64,000 nt of DNA, taken from the NCBI RefSeq assembly GCF_009914755.1, contig NC_060931.1; one strand, written 5' to 3'. Positions within the stretch are counted from its first letter, which is position 1. The number at the start of each line of letters is the position of its first letter. Positions 13,196 through 30,490 of this stretch are shown here, piece by piece. Under the pieces are notes generated by a model. That model saw nothing but the letters and a program-made list of their open reading frames with translations, searched no databases and was not told the DNA's origin. The position numbers were made by a program, and so were the translations under genes. This stretch comes from the human T2T-CHM13v2.0 reference genome, Homo sapiens.

Positions 13196-15103
13196 AATAA
13201 GTAAGCCAGGAATATAAAGGTTCATCCTCAACCAGCTAAAGGGTATCTATTCAAGTCAGGAGCTAAATAAGGATGCCTGCTATTTCTACACTCTTCGGTG
13301 TTGTACTGGAAGCCCAAGGCAATTGGATAAGACAAGAATAACTAATAAGAGAAATAATTATATGGACAGTAAAAGATACACATCATCACTTTCAAATGAT
13401 ATTATTTTCTTACTAGGCCATCCAAGACTATGAACCTTCCTATTTGTCAACACTGTGTGGTGGTGTTACTGTTTCTATTTTCTAGGAGAGTTCCTCAATT
13501 TTATCTCCTATCACAGTTTTAATTTCCAGGTGCTTTCTTTTTCTTCTCTGAATAGTCCCCTTTTTATCTCATGTTGCTCCACTTTCATAAATGCAATTGC
13601 TTCTTATCTCTTTGACAATATTGTTTTTAAAAGATGTTTTCTTATGCTCCTTGCCTATTTCTATTTCCTGTGGAATTCCCTCTCCCCTCCATTTTGTTTT
13701 GGCCTGCATTTTTCATAGTAAAGCCTTCCTCAAATGTCTGGTGATCGTTGGGTGGATTCATTCATATTTAAGGATATTGGATGGAGGCAAAGTTTGTTGA
13801 CTTGCAGGCTGACCAGTTGGGAACCTGACCATTTTTCAGGAATACTCCCCAGGTAACTCTGAACATCTCTCTCATAGGCCCATGTCTTTCCTCTCATCTT
13901 CTGTTTAAGAGGTATTCATCTGACATCTAGAGAGCTGGATGCTAAGCAGGAAAAAGGAACTAAGGCATTCCTCATTCTATATACAGATTCTCACTCAATA
14001 CCCTGTTATCTGCATGTACCCTCACCCTGTCCTTAGCTGTGCCAGATCCCCCTGAGACCATATCATGCCTCAGAATACTTCTCCAGAATAAAAGGGAACT
14101 CACCTCTCTGCACAGGGTTGGGGAGATTCTTTATATACTTTCTATTTTCCAAAATTCGCTTGATATCTCTCAATTGCTATTTTCTTCTTCCCATTATAAT
14201 CAAATCTAGGTTTAAGGAGGCAGTGGTGATAAGTGCCTTTGTGAACCTGCCATGTTTACCAGAAGTCCATACTCAAATATTAGTTCAAGGAGCCAATTTC
14301 TAGCTCCTTAGAACTTTTCAGTATGGATGGATTATTAGTTTTAGAATGCCAGAAGCTCAAATCCACAATATTGCGAAGTGACCAAGAGAAAAAGATGCAG
14401 CACCAGAAAGTGTTAAATTCTGAGAAGCTGCAGCAGCCATTGCAAAAACTCTGGCAAGCTCTCAATTTGAATAGTAACAAGACTGTTCAAAAGCCCTGGG
14501 AAATGGGTCCAGAAAGAGAATTTCAAGATCTGGTGTTCTTGAATCCTTATCTTTCCCCTTGCACCTAAACAGCAAAGGGCCACATTTAAGAAACTTAAGT
14601 TAACTCTATTTCACTAAATTATAAAGCCTTGCCCTGGATTAGAAACCAAGCAGGTCATCTTACAGAGGAAAAGTAGTTCATGCCCTTTAAATCCATTATA
14701 ATATCAGATGTGTTAGGTGACACCCAAGTCACTATGCTAAGTCTGTGTTTTAGACAACAGTAAGTATTATAAAACTTTAAGGATTTTAAAATAGAGGCCC
14801 AGAGACTACCCTAATTCCAGGTCATTACAATTGGATAAGAGGGACTGCTTTAGTTATCAGAGAGCATGGAGGGGAAAGTATCTGAGGTTACCAGATGGTC
14901 CTAAACTGGCAAGCTGGACACAGAGGATGAAAGACATTCTCTGTGGTCACTTTTACCCTTCCTAAATGGTTTATTTGTATTGAAAACCTTTCACTTTCAC
15001 AGTGGAATAAGTGCCTGGGCCCCAGGTGACTATCCGCAGATCTCTAGAGATAAAGGGAGAGGATTTAGATAATATATACTTTGCATGAAATCAATATTTG
15101 TTG

Positions 15104-15217
15104 GGGAGAGGACATCCATCTCAGCTGGGCCAGGTGCCTCGCTGGCAGCCGCTTAGGGAGGGCACTAAACACGGCAAGCACAGCGAAAATAAGACCTGGA
15201 TTGAAATCTCCATCTGT
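15104..15217 (+). other. 114-bp 5'-transduced unique sequence inside the L1 TSD
   Basis: Lies between the left TSD copy AAATCAATATTTGTTG (15088-15103) and the L1 5' end (15218); right copy at 21284-21299. Confidence 0.8.
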
Positions 15218-16124
15218 GGGAGGAGGAGCCAAGATGGCCGAATAGGAACAGCTCCGGTCTACAGCTCCCAGCGTGAGCGACGCAGAAGACGGGTGATTTC
15301 TGCATTTCCATCTGAGGTACCGGGTTCATCTCACTAGGGAGTGCCAGACAGTGGGCGCAGGCCAGTGTGTGTGCGCACCGTGCGCGAGCCGAAGCAGGGC
15401 GAGGCATTGCCTCACCTGGGAAGCGCAAGGGGTCAGGGAGTTCCCTTTCCGAGTCAAAGAAAGGGGTGACGGACGCACCTGGAAAATCGGGTCACTCCCA
15501 CCCGAATATTGCGCTTTTCAGACCGGCTTAAGAAACGGCGCACCACGAGACTATATCCCACACCTGGCTCAGAGGGTCCTACGCCCACGGAATCGCGCTG
15601 ATTGCTAGCACAGCAGTCTGAGATCAAACTGCAAGGCGGCAACGAGGCTGGGGGAGGGGCGCCCGCCATTGCCCAGGCTTGCTTAGGTAAACAAAGCAGC
15701 CGGGAAGCTCGAACTGGGTGGAGCCCACCACAGCTCAAGGAGGCCTGCCTGCCTCTGTAGGCTCCACCTCTGGGGGCAGGGCACAGACAAACAAAAAGAC
15801 AGCAGTAACCTCTGCAGACTTAAGTGTCCCTGTCTGACAGCTTTGAAGAGAGCAGTGGTTCTCCCAGCACGCAGCTGGAGATCTGAGAACGGGCAGACTG
15901 CCTCCTCAAGTGGGTCCCTGACCCCTGACCCCCGAGCAGCCTAACTGGGAGGCACCCCCCAGCAGGGGCACACTGACACCTCACACAGCAGGGTATTCCA
16001 ACAGACCTGCAGCTGAGGGTCCTGTCTGTTAGAAGGAAAACTAACAACCAGAAAGGACATCTACACCGAAAACCCATCTGTACATCACCATCATCAAAGA
16101 CCAAAAGTAGATAAAACCACAAAG
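15218..16124 (+). promoter_or_regulatory. L1 5'UTR: internal sense promoter, antisense promoter and CpG-rich region
   Basis: YY1 site CAAGATGGCCG at 15230-15240; dense unmutated CpGs. Confidence 0.9.
15454..15669 (-). CDS. ORF0: L1 ORF0, 71 aa, intact
   Basis: MAGAPPPASLPPCSLISDCCASNQRDSVGVGPSEPG...RHPFL; ATG at 15669. Confidence 0.85.
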   Translation of the reverse strand: MAGAPPPASLPPCSLISDCCASNQRDSVGVGPSEPGVGYSLVVRRFLSRSEKRNIRVGVTRFSRCVRHPFL

Positions 16125-17141
16125 ATGGGGAAAAAACAGAACAGAAAAACTGGAAACTCTAAAACGCAGAGCGCCTCTCCTCCTCCAAAGGAACGCAGTT
16201 CCTCACCAGCAACAGAACAAAGCTGGATGGAGAATGATTTTGACGAGCTGAGAGAAGAAGGCTTCAGACGATCAAATTACTCTGAGCTACGGGAGGACAT
16301 TCAAACCAAAGGCAAGGAAGTTGAAAACTTTGAAAAAAATTTAGAAGAATGTATAACTAGAATAACCAATACAGAGAAGTGCTTAAAGGAGCTGATGGAG
16401 CTGAAAACCAAGGCTCGAGAACTACGTGAAGAATGCAGAAGCCTCAGGAGCCGATGCGATCAACTGGAAGAAAGGGTATCAGCAATGGAAGATGAAATGA
16501 ATGAAATGAAGCGAGAAGGGAAGTTTAGAGAAAAAAGAATAAAAAGAAATGAGCAAAGCCTCCAAGAAATATGGGACTATGTGAAAAGACCAAATCTACG
16601 TCTGATTGGTGTACCTGAAAGTGATGTGGAGAATGGAACCAAGTTGGAAAACACTCTGCAGGATATTATCCAGGAGAACTTCCCCAATCTAGCAAGGCAG
16701 GCCAACGTTCAGATTCAGGAAATACAGAGAACGCCACAAAGATACTCCTCAAGAAGAGCAACTCCAAGACACATAATTGTCAGATTCACCAAAGTTGAAA
16801 TGAAGGAAAAAATGTTAAGGGCAGCCAGAGAGAAAGGTCGGGTTACCCTCAAAGGAAAGCCCATCAGACTAACAGCGGATCTCTCGGCAGAAACCCTACA
16901 AGCCAGAAGAGAGCGGGGGCCAATATTCAACATTCTTAAAGAAAAGAATTTTCAACCCAGAATTTCATATCCAGCCAAACTAAGCTTCATAAGTGAAGGA
17001 GAAATAAAATACTTTATAGACAAGCAAATGCTGAGAGATTTTGTCACCACCAGGCCTGCCCTAAAAGAGCTCCTGAAGGAAGCGCTAAACATGGAAAGGA
17101 ACAACCGGTACCAGCCGCTGCAAAATCATGCCAAAATGTAA
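16125..17141 (+). CDS. ORF1: L1 ORF1p RNA-binding protein (p40), 338 aa, open frame
   Basis: MGKKQNRKTGNSKTQ...LQNHAKM; REKG, ARR and YPAKLS motifs present; W264R substitution. Confidence 0.97.
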   Translation: MGKKQNRKTGNSKTQSASPPPKERSSSPATEQSWMENDFDELREEGFRRSNYSELREDIQTKGKEVENFEKNLEECITRITNTEKCLKELMELKTKARELREECRSLRSRCDQLEERVSAMEDEMNEMKREGKFREKRIKRNEQSLQEIWDYVKRPNLRLIGVPESDVENGTKLENTLQDIIQENFPNLARQANVQIQEIQRTPQRYSSRRATPRHIIVRFTKVEMKEKMLRAAREKGRVTLKGKPIRLTADLSAETLQARRERGPIFNILKEKNFQPRISYPAKLSFISEGEIKYFIDKQMLRDFVTTRPALKELLKEALNMERNNRYQPLQNHAKM

Positions 17142-17180
17142 AGACCATCGAGACTAGGAAGAAACTGCATCAACTAATGA

Positions 17181-21032
<3,852 letters not shown>

Positions 21033-21663
21033 ACAATGAGATCACATGGACACAGGAAGGGGAATATCACACTCTGGGGACTGTGGTGGGGTCGGGGGAG
21101 GGGGGAGGGATAGCATTGGGAGATATACCTAATGCTAGATGACACGTTAGTGGGTGCAGCGCACCAGCATGGCACATGTATACATATGTAACTAACCTGC
21201 ACAATGTGCACATGTACCCTAAAACTTAGAGTATAATAAAAAAAAAAAAATTAAAAAAATAAAAAAATAAATAAAAATAAAAAAAATCAATATTTGTTGC
21301 AGAACATCTAAAATCAAGTTCCCTGGTTAATAAAATTCAGGCTGTGCAAAAAAAAAAAAAAAAAAAAGAAAGAAAGAAAATCCCAAATTGCTACACAAAA
21401 GAACCTGAAAATGACTGTACATAATTCAATAAAATATTTGTTTTTTCTAAAGAAATCATGCAAGGTTTCTTTAAATATCAAAATGCTCTTGAGTAAATAA
21501 TAAAGAACTCAAATTATAAACCTAGAAGCAAAAATAATTTTGCAGAAACTATCTATTTTATAAGAGAGATTAAGACACTCCTGGAGTGCTTACAGTGGGG
21601 AGTTTTAAAAAAGGAAGAAAACAATCCTCTGGCGAATAAAACAGAGAGAACATGATGAAAAAT

Positions 21664-21987
<324 letters not shown>

Positions 21988-22837
21988 TCAAGCCACAGAC
22001 ACAGCTTGCACAAATAAGCACTGGTCAACACTGCATATTAATCCTGAATGTAAGAAGAGATGCTAGGAAAGGATGACAAAGTCATGTAGAATGAGGAAAT
22101 GTGTGCAGTTCAGCCCCCATTGTGAAGACCTGACACTGAGTCTTCCTGTCTTGTTTGTATTCCCCAGCACCCTATTAGGTGATGATCATTCTAGATACAA
22201 TTCCTTAAGACTAATTCAGTCTCAGTCGTGACATTTTGACTCCTGAATCACTTTTCTCTTTTCCTTGTTCCTGACAGTGAGCTGTCATTTTACCTGTATT
22301 TGGCCTGTTACCTGAACTCTCCATAAGCCACCAAGAAGCAAAGGTAGCAACTACAGTTACTAGGGTGGTTATTGTCTTGGTTGTGCGGGAAACAGGAGCA
22401 GCCACACAGACCAATTTTAAAAGGATTATTGTCAGGATATAGAGAGATTATCCTGTCAAAAATCAACAGAAGTTATATTTATGTTATTCACTTGAGGAGA
22501 AAGGCCATCTTTTATCTCCCTGAGCACATTTGTTTTCAATGTAAAGTAATATGGAAAAAACGAATGTAGTACTTAATCAATAAGATGAGAAGGAGAATAT
22601 TTTTGTCCTCTGAAATCTTGCTTCAAAAACATTGTGACCAATACGTCCTATGCGTTTATATCTATTTGGTAGTATTACTATCACTCTTTTGATTTATTCT
22701 TATAGAGTAGCAGACAGAAGCAGAGTTATAATTCTGTATTTCAGAACAGTCTATCTTGCTAACAATGAAACAACTCTTCTTTCTCCTTCTTGCACTCCAA
22801 AATGAGGGGAATGTTTCTTCCTAGTCTGTGTGATAAT

Positions 22838-23290
22838 GCTATCTTAGATCAGGTTCTCCCTTAAGCAGACCCTCACCCCAGGATTTAGATACAAATGATT
22901 TATTAAGGATGTGCTATCAGAAGAGTAAGGGGTAGAAGAAACAGGATTGGGAAGGGGGCCAAGGCAAGCAAGGGTATGTCTCATGGAAGACCCAGGCTCA
23001 GCCTGGTCCTGCAGGAAGCTGTAGAGTGAAAATTACCCTTCAAAATTTCTCCATCTACAGGTAAAGGAACAGAGTTTTGGTCCTCCCACACCACTTAGTC
23101 ACTGGCTGGAAGATGCCCAGAAGGAATAGCAAAGGACTCTTCCACGCTTTTCCAGCTCCCATGCTGGCTCCACTGCCTGAGGGCAACCCTCTGAAGGTCA
23201 TAGGAGTGAGTTATTAGCAGCAACAAATGGGGAAGCTGGAGGATGGACCCAAAGGAATCTAGGCAGGGCACCGTGGCATCTGCTAGAAAG
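22838..23290. mobile_element. Old ERVL LTR (LTR16/LTR33-like)
   Basis: TCTTAGATCAGGTTCTCCCTTAAGCAGACCCT...GGATTTAGATACAAATGATTTATT resembles this class. Confidence 0.5.
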
Positions 23291-26200
23291 GGGATTTATG
23301 CTTTCCATTACTCTAACCTGAATTAGAAAGTTTCCCTTCTTCTTACATCACTATCAGTGATCCATATTCTATTTATAATCTCCTTTTGAGGATTCTCACT
23401 TTAGAGATCTGCTGTTTGACAGTTTAAACTTCAAGACTTTCTCCCATACTGTAGCATCTCTTATCCTGCAGCCTGTACAGTATAAAGCATTGTTATAATC
23501 AATCTGTGTCAAAGAACACAGCACAAGCATTCTCCAATCCATAGGTGAAGGGCAAGTTGTGGAATCTGAGAATGGAAACTCTTGAAGGTGTTTTATTAGA
23601 GGAAGGACTGGAAGAGAGGAAGATTGAGCTATCTGAAACATGTGTATTGTCTTCATAATGGCCTAGTGCCAAAAGCACCAAAGCTGTGCACTGCTGAGTG
23701 TTTGGAGAGCATCCCGAGAGCTTCATGAAGCTCTCACAGATACTTCTCTGCATGACTCCCAGAACCCCAGCTTAGGGTCTGAGTTGGCTCAGGCCCAGGA
23801 GAGAAGACAGGACAGAAGCTGGAGTAAATATTCTTGAACCCTTACTACCAAGAATCATAATTCCATCATGGATGAAGAAGACCCAGGGATGCTGGCCTCT
23901 TGGACACAATTTGACATCTTATGCCCATACAGCACTCTGTGTTTTTTAAAATAATGAGCCAAATTATGTATAAGCAAATTATACATTTTTTTCACTTATT
24001 CTGAGCAGAAAGATCATCCCAACCTGTATATCTCCCTTATGAAAATTATTAAAAGAAGGAAATGGTTATTTTTCCATTGTGTGTATACAAAATCTAGGAA
24101 AAACTTGCAGATAAAGATAACACTTGGGGACAATGAATTATTTATTAGCTCTTTGCTTGAACTCTGAAATCTGATCAAAGAGGAACTTCTGACACTTATT
24201 CTATTAATTATGAATGACAAATTTTCAAGCTTTCTGCTAAGAGTATTATGTGTTACAAATCAGCCCAATCCCACTTGACTTTTTCCTCTGCATAGCAGTG
24301 GGCAGAGAAGCTCTTCCTCCCCTGCTTAGGAGCTTCTCCATGCCCAAATTCTTCCCATCTTTCAAGACTAGTTGAAATGCACTTTCTTGAAGAACACCTC
24401 CCAGATTCCTCCCATTGTGATCGATCTTTCCCCAAATGATTCTTCAGTATCTCCATGATCTCACTTTTGTTCTCTGACGTGTGCACTTAGCTATCTTCCT
24501 GTCTCTCATACAGATTTTAAGTTCTTATTCATTTTGGCATCCCCATTACACCTAGAAAAAGGCTGTACATGTAGATCTCCTTGAACATTATTGAATTGAA
24601 TTTACATATTTTAAAAAACTGTTTTGAGCCCTTACAATGTGCTTACTCTGTACTAGACACTGGAAGAAAATGTATATAAAAAGATGAAAACAAAACAGTT
24701 CTTAAACTTTTCATTAAGGGTTAAAGACAGCCACATTTTTAAAAAAAGAAAAAGATTATAATAAGGTTTGCTAAATTTCAAAAAAGTACCATAGGAGTCC
24801 ACAACTCCCTGTGAAAAGGTCAATAGGTGTCATCCCCATAAAAAGGTAACGAATATGAGGCTGATAGATGATGCATGGTAGCCATGGGTGTCTGGACCAA
24901 AACAGTACTGTCAGGCTTTCAGCATTCCTTCTACTCTCCATGGGGAGTCTGCACTAGGCAAGGATCAGAGGGTATACCCCTGGGAAAAAGGACACATGGC
25001 CAAGAACTCATATAGATTACTCATATAGATTACCTGTTTAAGAAAACAGGATCTTAGACTAGGTAGCGTGAGGGGAAAAAAAACGAAAGAAAGAAAACAG
25101 GAACCAAGCCTTTGAATGTGGCCAATTTTAACTTTGAATGTGGGCAGTGCAGGCAGTCCTAAAAGATCCCATGATGCGAATTCAAGGGCCAAAATACATG
25201 AAATTCCACCAGTATTTATTGCTTTGAGTTCCTTTTAATGTGGTTATCTGTTACAAAGCAAATACTCTTAATATTTTAACACAGCAAGTAAGCTAATGCA
25301 TATTCATTGCACTAAGGTGCTTTTCTTCCTTGGGGGAACCATGATCTCGGTGAAAATACTGGGAAGAGATTTTGGTGAATACTAAATACTTTGTGAAGAG
25401 TAAAAAGGGGTGAAAAAAGAAGGAAGGAAGGAGTGTTGTGTGCCCAGAGAGAATAACAAAATATAAGATCTAAAGATATTAAGAGAAGCAAACATTGTAG
25501 TTTTTTGGAAAACAGAAAGATTAGGGTAATTTGGGGACTTTACAGTAAAGAAAAGCACAGGAAGTTATACTGGAAGAAGAAAAATATCACAAAAATTAAA
25601 GTTTTCTCTCTTACAGCAAGTTGGAGAAAGGTGAATTGTGGAAGTGAAAAATAACTATGTAGGAAAATAAAAGAAAAAACAGGCATGTTCACCAACCCTG
25701 AGTAGTTTTCCATGAATTCACTTTCAGTAAATTAAATTCTGTTCTATCTCTTCAGAACTGCTACAGAGCTCAAAACACTAAAAGATCAGTATTACTCTGC
25801 CCATAGCCTCTTCTGTGGTATTTTATTCTACAAACCTTTAGGGGAATTCTCTTTGTGTTTAAATGGCAGGTTGTAATTTTGTACCTCCATGATGGCAGCT
25901 TGAGAGAGAAGAGAAAGCTGTTTTACACTACCTCCTTATGCCAACACTGACGTATCTCAACCTTGTGAGCCCAAAGAATTAGTCACTGTGGAATCTTCAT
26001 TACAACACAGCTAATGAGTAAATAAAATCAAGAGAGAAGAAGATAATGTGGTTAAATATGTGCTAGGGATGGAAAAACAGAGAGAGGGACATTAATCCCA
26101 CTTATAGGGTTTGGCTTTAAATCAATTCATATCATGACATTATGAGCAGCTGTTAAACATGACCATCAAAAGTTTCACTAGAAAACTCTTCAGCTTGATA

Positions 26201-26799
26201 CGAGATTCTGAGAGAACCAAACCATGAAAGTACTTAAGTATCATTAACAACAGATTTTGGTAAAATTTTACGCCAGAAGGAAGTCTTTTATAGATTTCTC
26301 CACAGGCCATTATTGAAATAGAAATTCAACCATTAAGGTCAGCAAAGATGGGCTTATCCTGTTGCCTACTTCAAAGCTGTCACTGGGTTTTTTGCAGGGA
26401 CTACTTCTTGCTTGGCCTAAATTCAAAGGCCACTTTCTCAGGGCAGGTGTGTTCAGCAAGAATAGAATTGTATGCACACTCCAAATAGACAATTCTCCCT
26501 TAGAAGCCAAAAATGTAGTGCTTTATATCCTTGAAGTGTCAATAAAGGCATGCATTCTAGGCAGTGAAGCAACAGCATGTTTGATGTTTTAAAAAATAGA
26601 TATAAGCCTTGCAAAAAAAAAAATGGAGACTACTAGACCAAATCAGCCTGTACTTTTCAAATATGTCCAAAAAGTCTTGCTATTGACATTAGCCATCTTG
26701 GTGCTGGACTGTCCTAGGAGGAGCTGGCAGCCACCTGGAAGAAGGCCAGTGGGAGTGTTGGCATGCATCCTCAAAACACTGCTTTTTAACCCTCTCTTC

Positions 26800-28040
26800 C
26801 CTCCCCAAACCTCCAATCTCACTTCCATCTTTCTTACTGTTAGCCGATAACCTTGCCGCTAACTCCATAGAGAAGTTAGCTCTTAACTTTCTATGGGGGG
26901 AATAAAACAATAACCCTCATCTAAATTTACCTGCATCTTCATCCATCTCTTTCTCTTTCCTTTTTTATATTAGTAAACGTGTCCTTCTCCCATCAGAGGC
27001 AGTCTCTCCGTATGTTCTCTGGATCTCCCCTTCTCAGCAACATATCTAATGCCTTCCCCATCTCTATTCGCCTTCCAAGGTGAATCCATCCAATCCCATG
27101 ACTTCAGTAATCATATAGTCACTGATGAATCCCAAATTTGCATCTGTAAGTGTGACTCTGTTCTGGATTTCTACATGACTTACTTGACAGCTCCACTTGG
27201 ATGACCTGCTCTCAATAGGAGTTAAATGTGAGTTCCCTACTCAAACATTTCTCTCCCATTGGTATCTCTGACCTCAGCGAAATGCATAGCCCTCCACTCA
27301 GATGCTTAAGCCAGTAACTTGGAGAACTCTGTCACACCTCACTGACTTTTGTCTCCATGTCTAAGAATATATTACCAAGTTCCAAATTATGTCTCAGATC
27401 TACTCTCTATAATTCCACTATCATTATTATAGAACCATCCACAACTATCACTCTCCTGGACTACTGCAGTGGATTCCTAACTCATCTCCACCATTTATTT
27501 CTGCTTCTTTTTTTTCTGCCAATCCATTCTCCATACAGCAGCTTATCTGTCCTTTTTGAAAGAAAACACCATCCTCATTACTCACCTTGAGCCACTCAGT
27601 GGTATTTCACTGCACACGAGTGATGCCATAGTGCACGTGTTTCTGGTGAGCTGTCTCTGTGTGCCACTTCTGGCTCATCTCTTGACTCACTCCTAATTCC
27701 TTCAGTGACTTTCTTCACTCTGGTCCTTGAACAGGCCTGGCTTTTTCCAACATCATGCACACAGGAGATTTCCCCCTTTTTGTTAGCCTAACTCCTATTC
27801 ATCCTCAAGATCAGAGCTTAAATATCATTTCATCAGGGGATACTTCAAAAGTATTCCCCAATTTTCATGCCCCCACTCCACACCCACCTTTTCAGTTAGA
27901 TCCTGCTTTTGGAATACTTTCTGTTTTTTCTTCCTTGTGTTCATCAAAATTACATTGCCATTTTTGTTCATGGCTATTTCTCCATGTCTATCTAGTACAG
28001 GGTTTGGCACAAAATAGATGTTTAATAAGTATGTGAATGA
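26800..28040. mobile_element. Degenerate L2 LINE remnants
   Basis: Pyrimidine-rich L2-like tracts (CTCTCCTGGACTACTGCAG, CCAATCCATTCTCCATACAGCAG, GGCACAAAATAG...AATAAGTATG). Confidence 0.6.
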
Positions 28041-28122
28041 TGGATGTATGTATGGATTGATGAATAGATGAATGGATGGATGGATGGAGGGATGGATGGA
28101 TGGATGGAAGGAAGGAAGGATG
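28036..28122. repeat. (TGGA)n/(GGAA)n microsatellite
   Basis: Directly visible. Confidence 0.9.
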
Positions 28123-30004
28123 GACAATGGTATGTTCCCAGCTATCATTTTTGTAGTCAGCAAGTTGGAATATATTCAAGAAACCTCAAAGAATGATTTG
28201 AAATTCGAGCTAAAGTTTTCTTTTTAAGACATTTTTTATTGAGTACCAAGCCAATTTCTACCAGAAAATAATGATGTGAACAGGGAATTAAAATCTTTGT
28301 TTCCCAATAAGGACAATGAGACTGTATCATCTGATCTCAGGACAATCCGATCAGGTGATAAACCAACTGAGAGTTTTCCTTACTCAATAACAAAACACCT
28401 GCATGGTACACCAGTCCATACCAAACACCAAAATAATGCCTGGTATCTCTCTGAGAATATGCTTTTCACACCTTTGATCAGTCTTTCAATCAATCAAAAA
28501 GGGAGAAAGTTCAAATCACATATTTTTCTGCCTTAAGCATTAGAAAGAGCCTTTGTGGATTTCTCTATTTCATCATAGTACTACGTCTCAAAGGGCAGAT
28601 CCCAGACCACTTGCAACAAAATAACAAGGAAAGTTTATATACAGGAAAGCTCTCACATTCTACATAAGACCTACTTCCGTCTGTGGAGAGAGCCGAGGAT
28701 TTTAGTAAATCCTCAGGTAAACTTGTGCCCTCAGAAATTTGAGAACAATTGGTCTAGAGGTTGTCAGTCCCTGCAGAAGGGCGTATAAAAATGTTTGTTT
28801 CAACTGAGCAGCCTCTCAATTCAATTTCTTTTGACCTATCAAAAGAAAATCTGTTAAGAACCACACAACTACAAAAGGCAGTTTAATTTAGGTTATCACA
28901 CAGCTATGAAAGGCAGCTTAATTTACTTTAAAATTTGAATTTTTTAGAAAGAGAAATATAACATTTTTCACTTCACATGTTACAGTGGTGAAACATAAGA
29001 CTGGGAGAGGCTGAGACATGGGGCTGGATGTGCACCCAGAGGAAGAGACTCAGTGGCAGAGCAGGGAGAAAGGGCAGCTCGGCAGGCAGGATAGAGAGTC
29101 CTTCAGAAAAGGATAATGCGTAAAGCAACAGGAAGTTATAAGAAACAACTACGGTTCCAACAGATAGTAAAGCATAGTGATAGGAAATAGCAAACAGGAA
29201 CTATTTAGAGATAGAGATAGACAAATAGGTAGGGAATCAGCAGTCATGTTATATTTACAATAGAATCTGCTGCAGGCCCTTTATCTCAAGCAGTCCTCAA
29301 GAAGGCCACGCCACAAGTGTTTAAAAACGTCCTCCTAGCAGGTAAATACATGAGCTTTATAGAGTACTGGGTTAATCAGCTTACAGAAAACAAGTGAGTT
29401 CTTTGACAGAGTTGGGGATTAATTAACACAGGTGGTTTATTTTCAGCTTATGTAAACAAATTTATTTACCTATAATAAGCATAGTCTACATATTTTGCAA
29501 GTAAATGCAATTTATAATAACAAATATCTTTGCAAAACTTTTGTTCATTGCAAGCCTCCCAGCTAAAGGTTACATTCCTACAGGATTAAACACTAATCAT
29601 TCAACATTAAAGAGAAGAAATAACTCATGATAACAAGAAATGAAACATGAAGAGTTCTAAATAAGACTTTTGCCGGCCATTCTCCTAAGGTGCTGTTTGT
29701 TGATATGCTCCAGAGGGCAACGAGACTTACAAATGTCAGACCTCTCTGTTGCTTATCATTGTAAAACTAGTAATCAAATTCTTTTCTTCCAAAGATCTCT
29801 CATCAAATATCACTGTGACACATAATTGTTTGTTTGCTTATCCAAGCTCGAACCTCAGATTTAGGCTTAAAATCCTTATTTCTGTATCAGTTAGTAGCGA
29901 GCATTCAGCTTTTAAGGGCACGTACAAGAGCAAGGGAAGACCCAGTTCTAAAAGGATCAGAGCATTTTATAGGTTACTAGACAAATGGCTCAGCACTCAA
30001 CATA

Positions 30005-30490
30005 CACCACTTAGCAGCATGTCTATACACTAACAATGAACTGCCCAAAGAAGAAGTCAAGAAAGCAATTCCATTTACAATAGCATCAGTACAAAAAGGG
30101 GTAAATTTAACCAACGAGATGAAAAGATTTATAGACCAAAAACTATAAAACACTGATGAGAAAAAAATTGATAAAGACACAAATAAATGGAAAGATAGCT
30201 GTGTTCATGGAATAGAAGAAATAACATTGTAAAAATGTCCATACTATTTAAAGCAAGCTACAGATTCAATGCAATTCCTATCAAATTTCAATGAAATTTT
30301 TCAAAGGCTTAAAAATAATTCTAACATTTATATGGAACCACATAAAAGCCTCAAATATCCAAAGAAATCTTGAGCAAAAGGAACAAAACTGGAGGCATCA
30401 TGCTATCTGATCTCAAAATCTGCTACGAAGCTGTGATCAAAACAGCATGGTACTGACATAAAATCATACATATAAACCAATAGAACAGTG
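30005..30490 (+). mobile_element. Old L1M ORF2 fragment
   Basis: Degenerate match to L1 ORF2 (CCATTTACAATAGCATC, CTACAGATTCAATGCAATTCCTATCAAA, AACAGCATGGTACTG). Confidence 0.8.

Noticed and set aside
21078-21121. G-quadruplex-forming G-runs
   Set aside because: Standard L1 3'UTR feature, also present at about 30800 and 41630.
25006-25033. 13-bp tandem duplication ACTCATATAGATT (similar 21-bp duplication at 45348-45392)
   Set aside because: Ordinary slippage duplications; no spacers or array structure, so not CRISPR-like.
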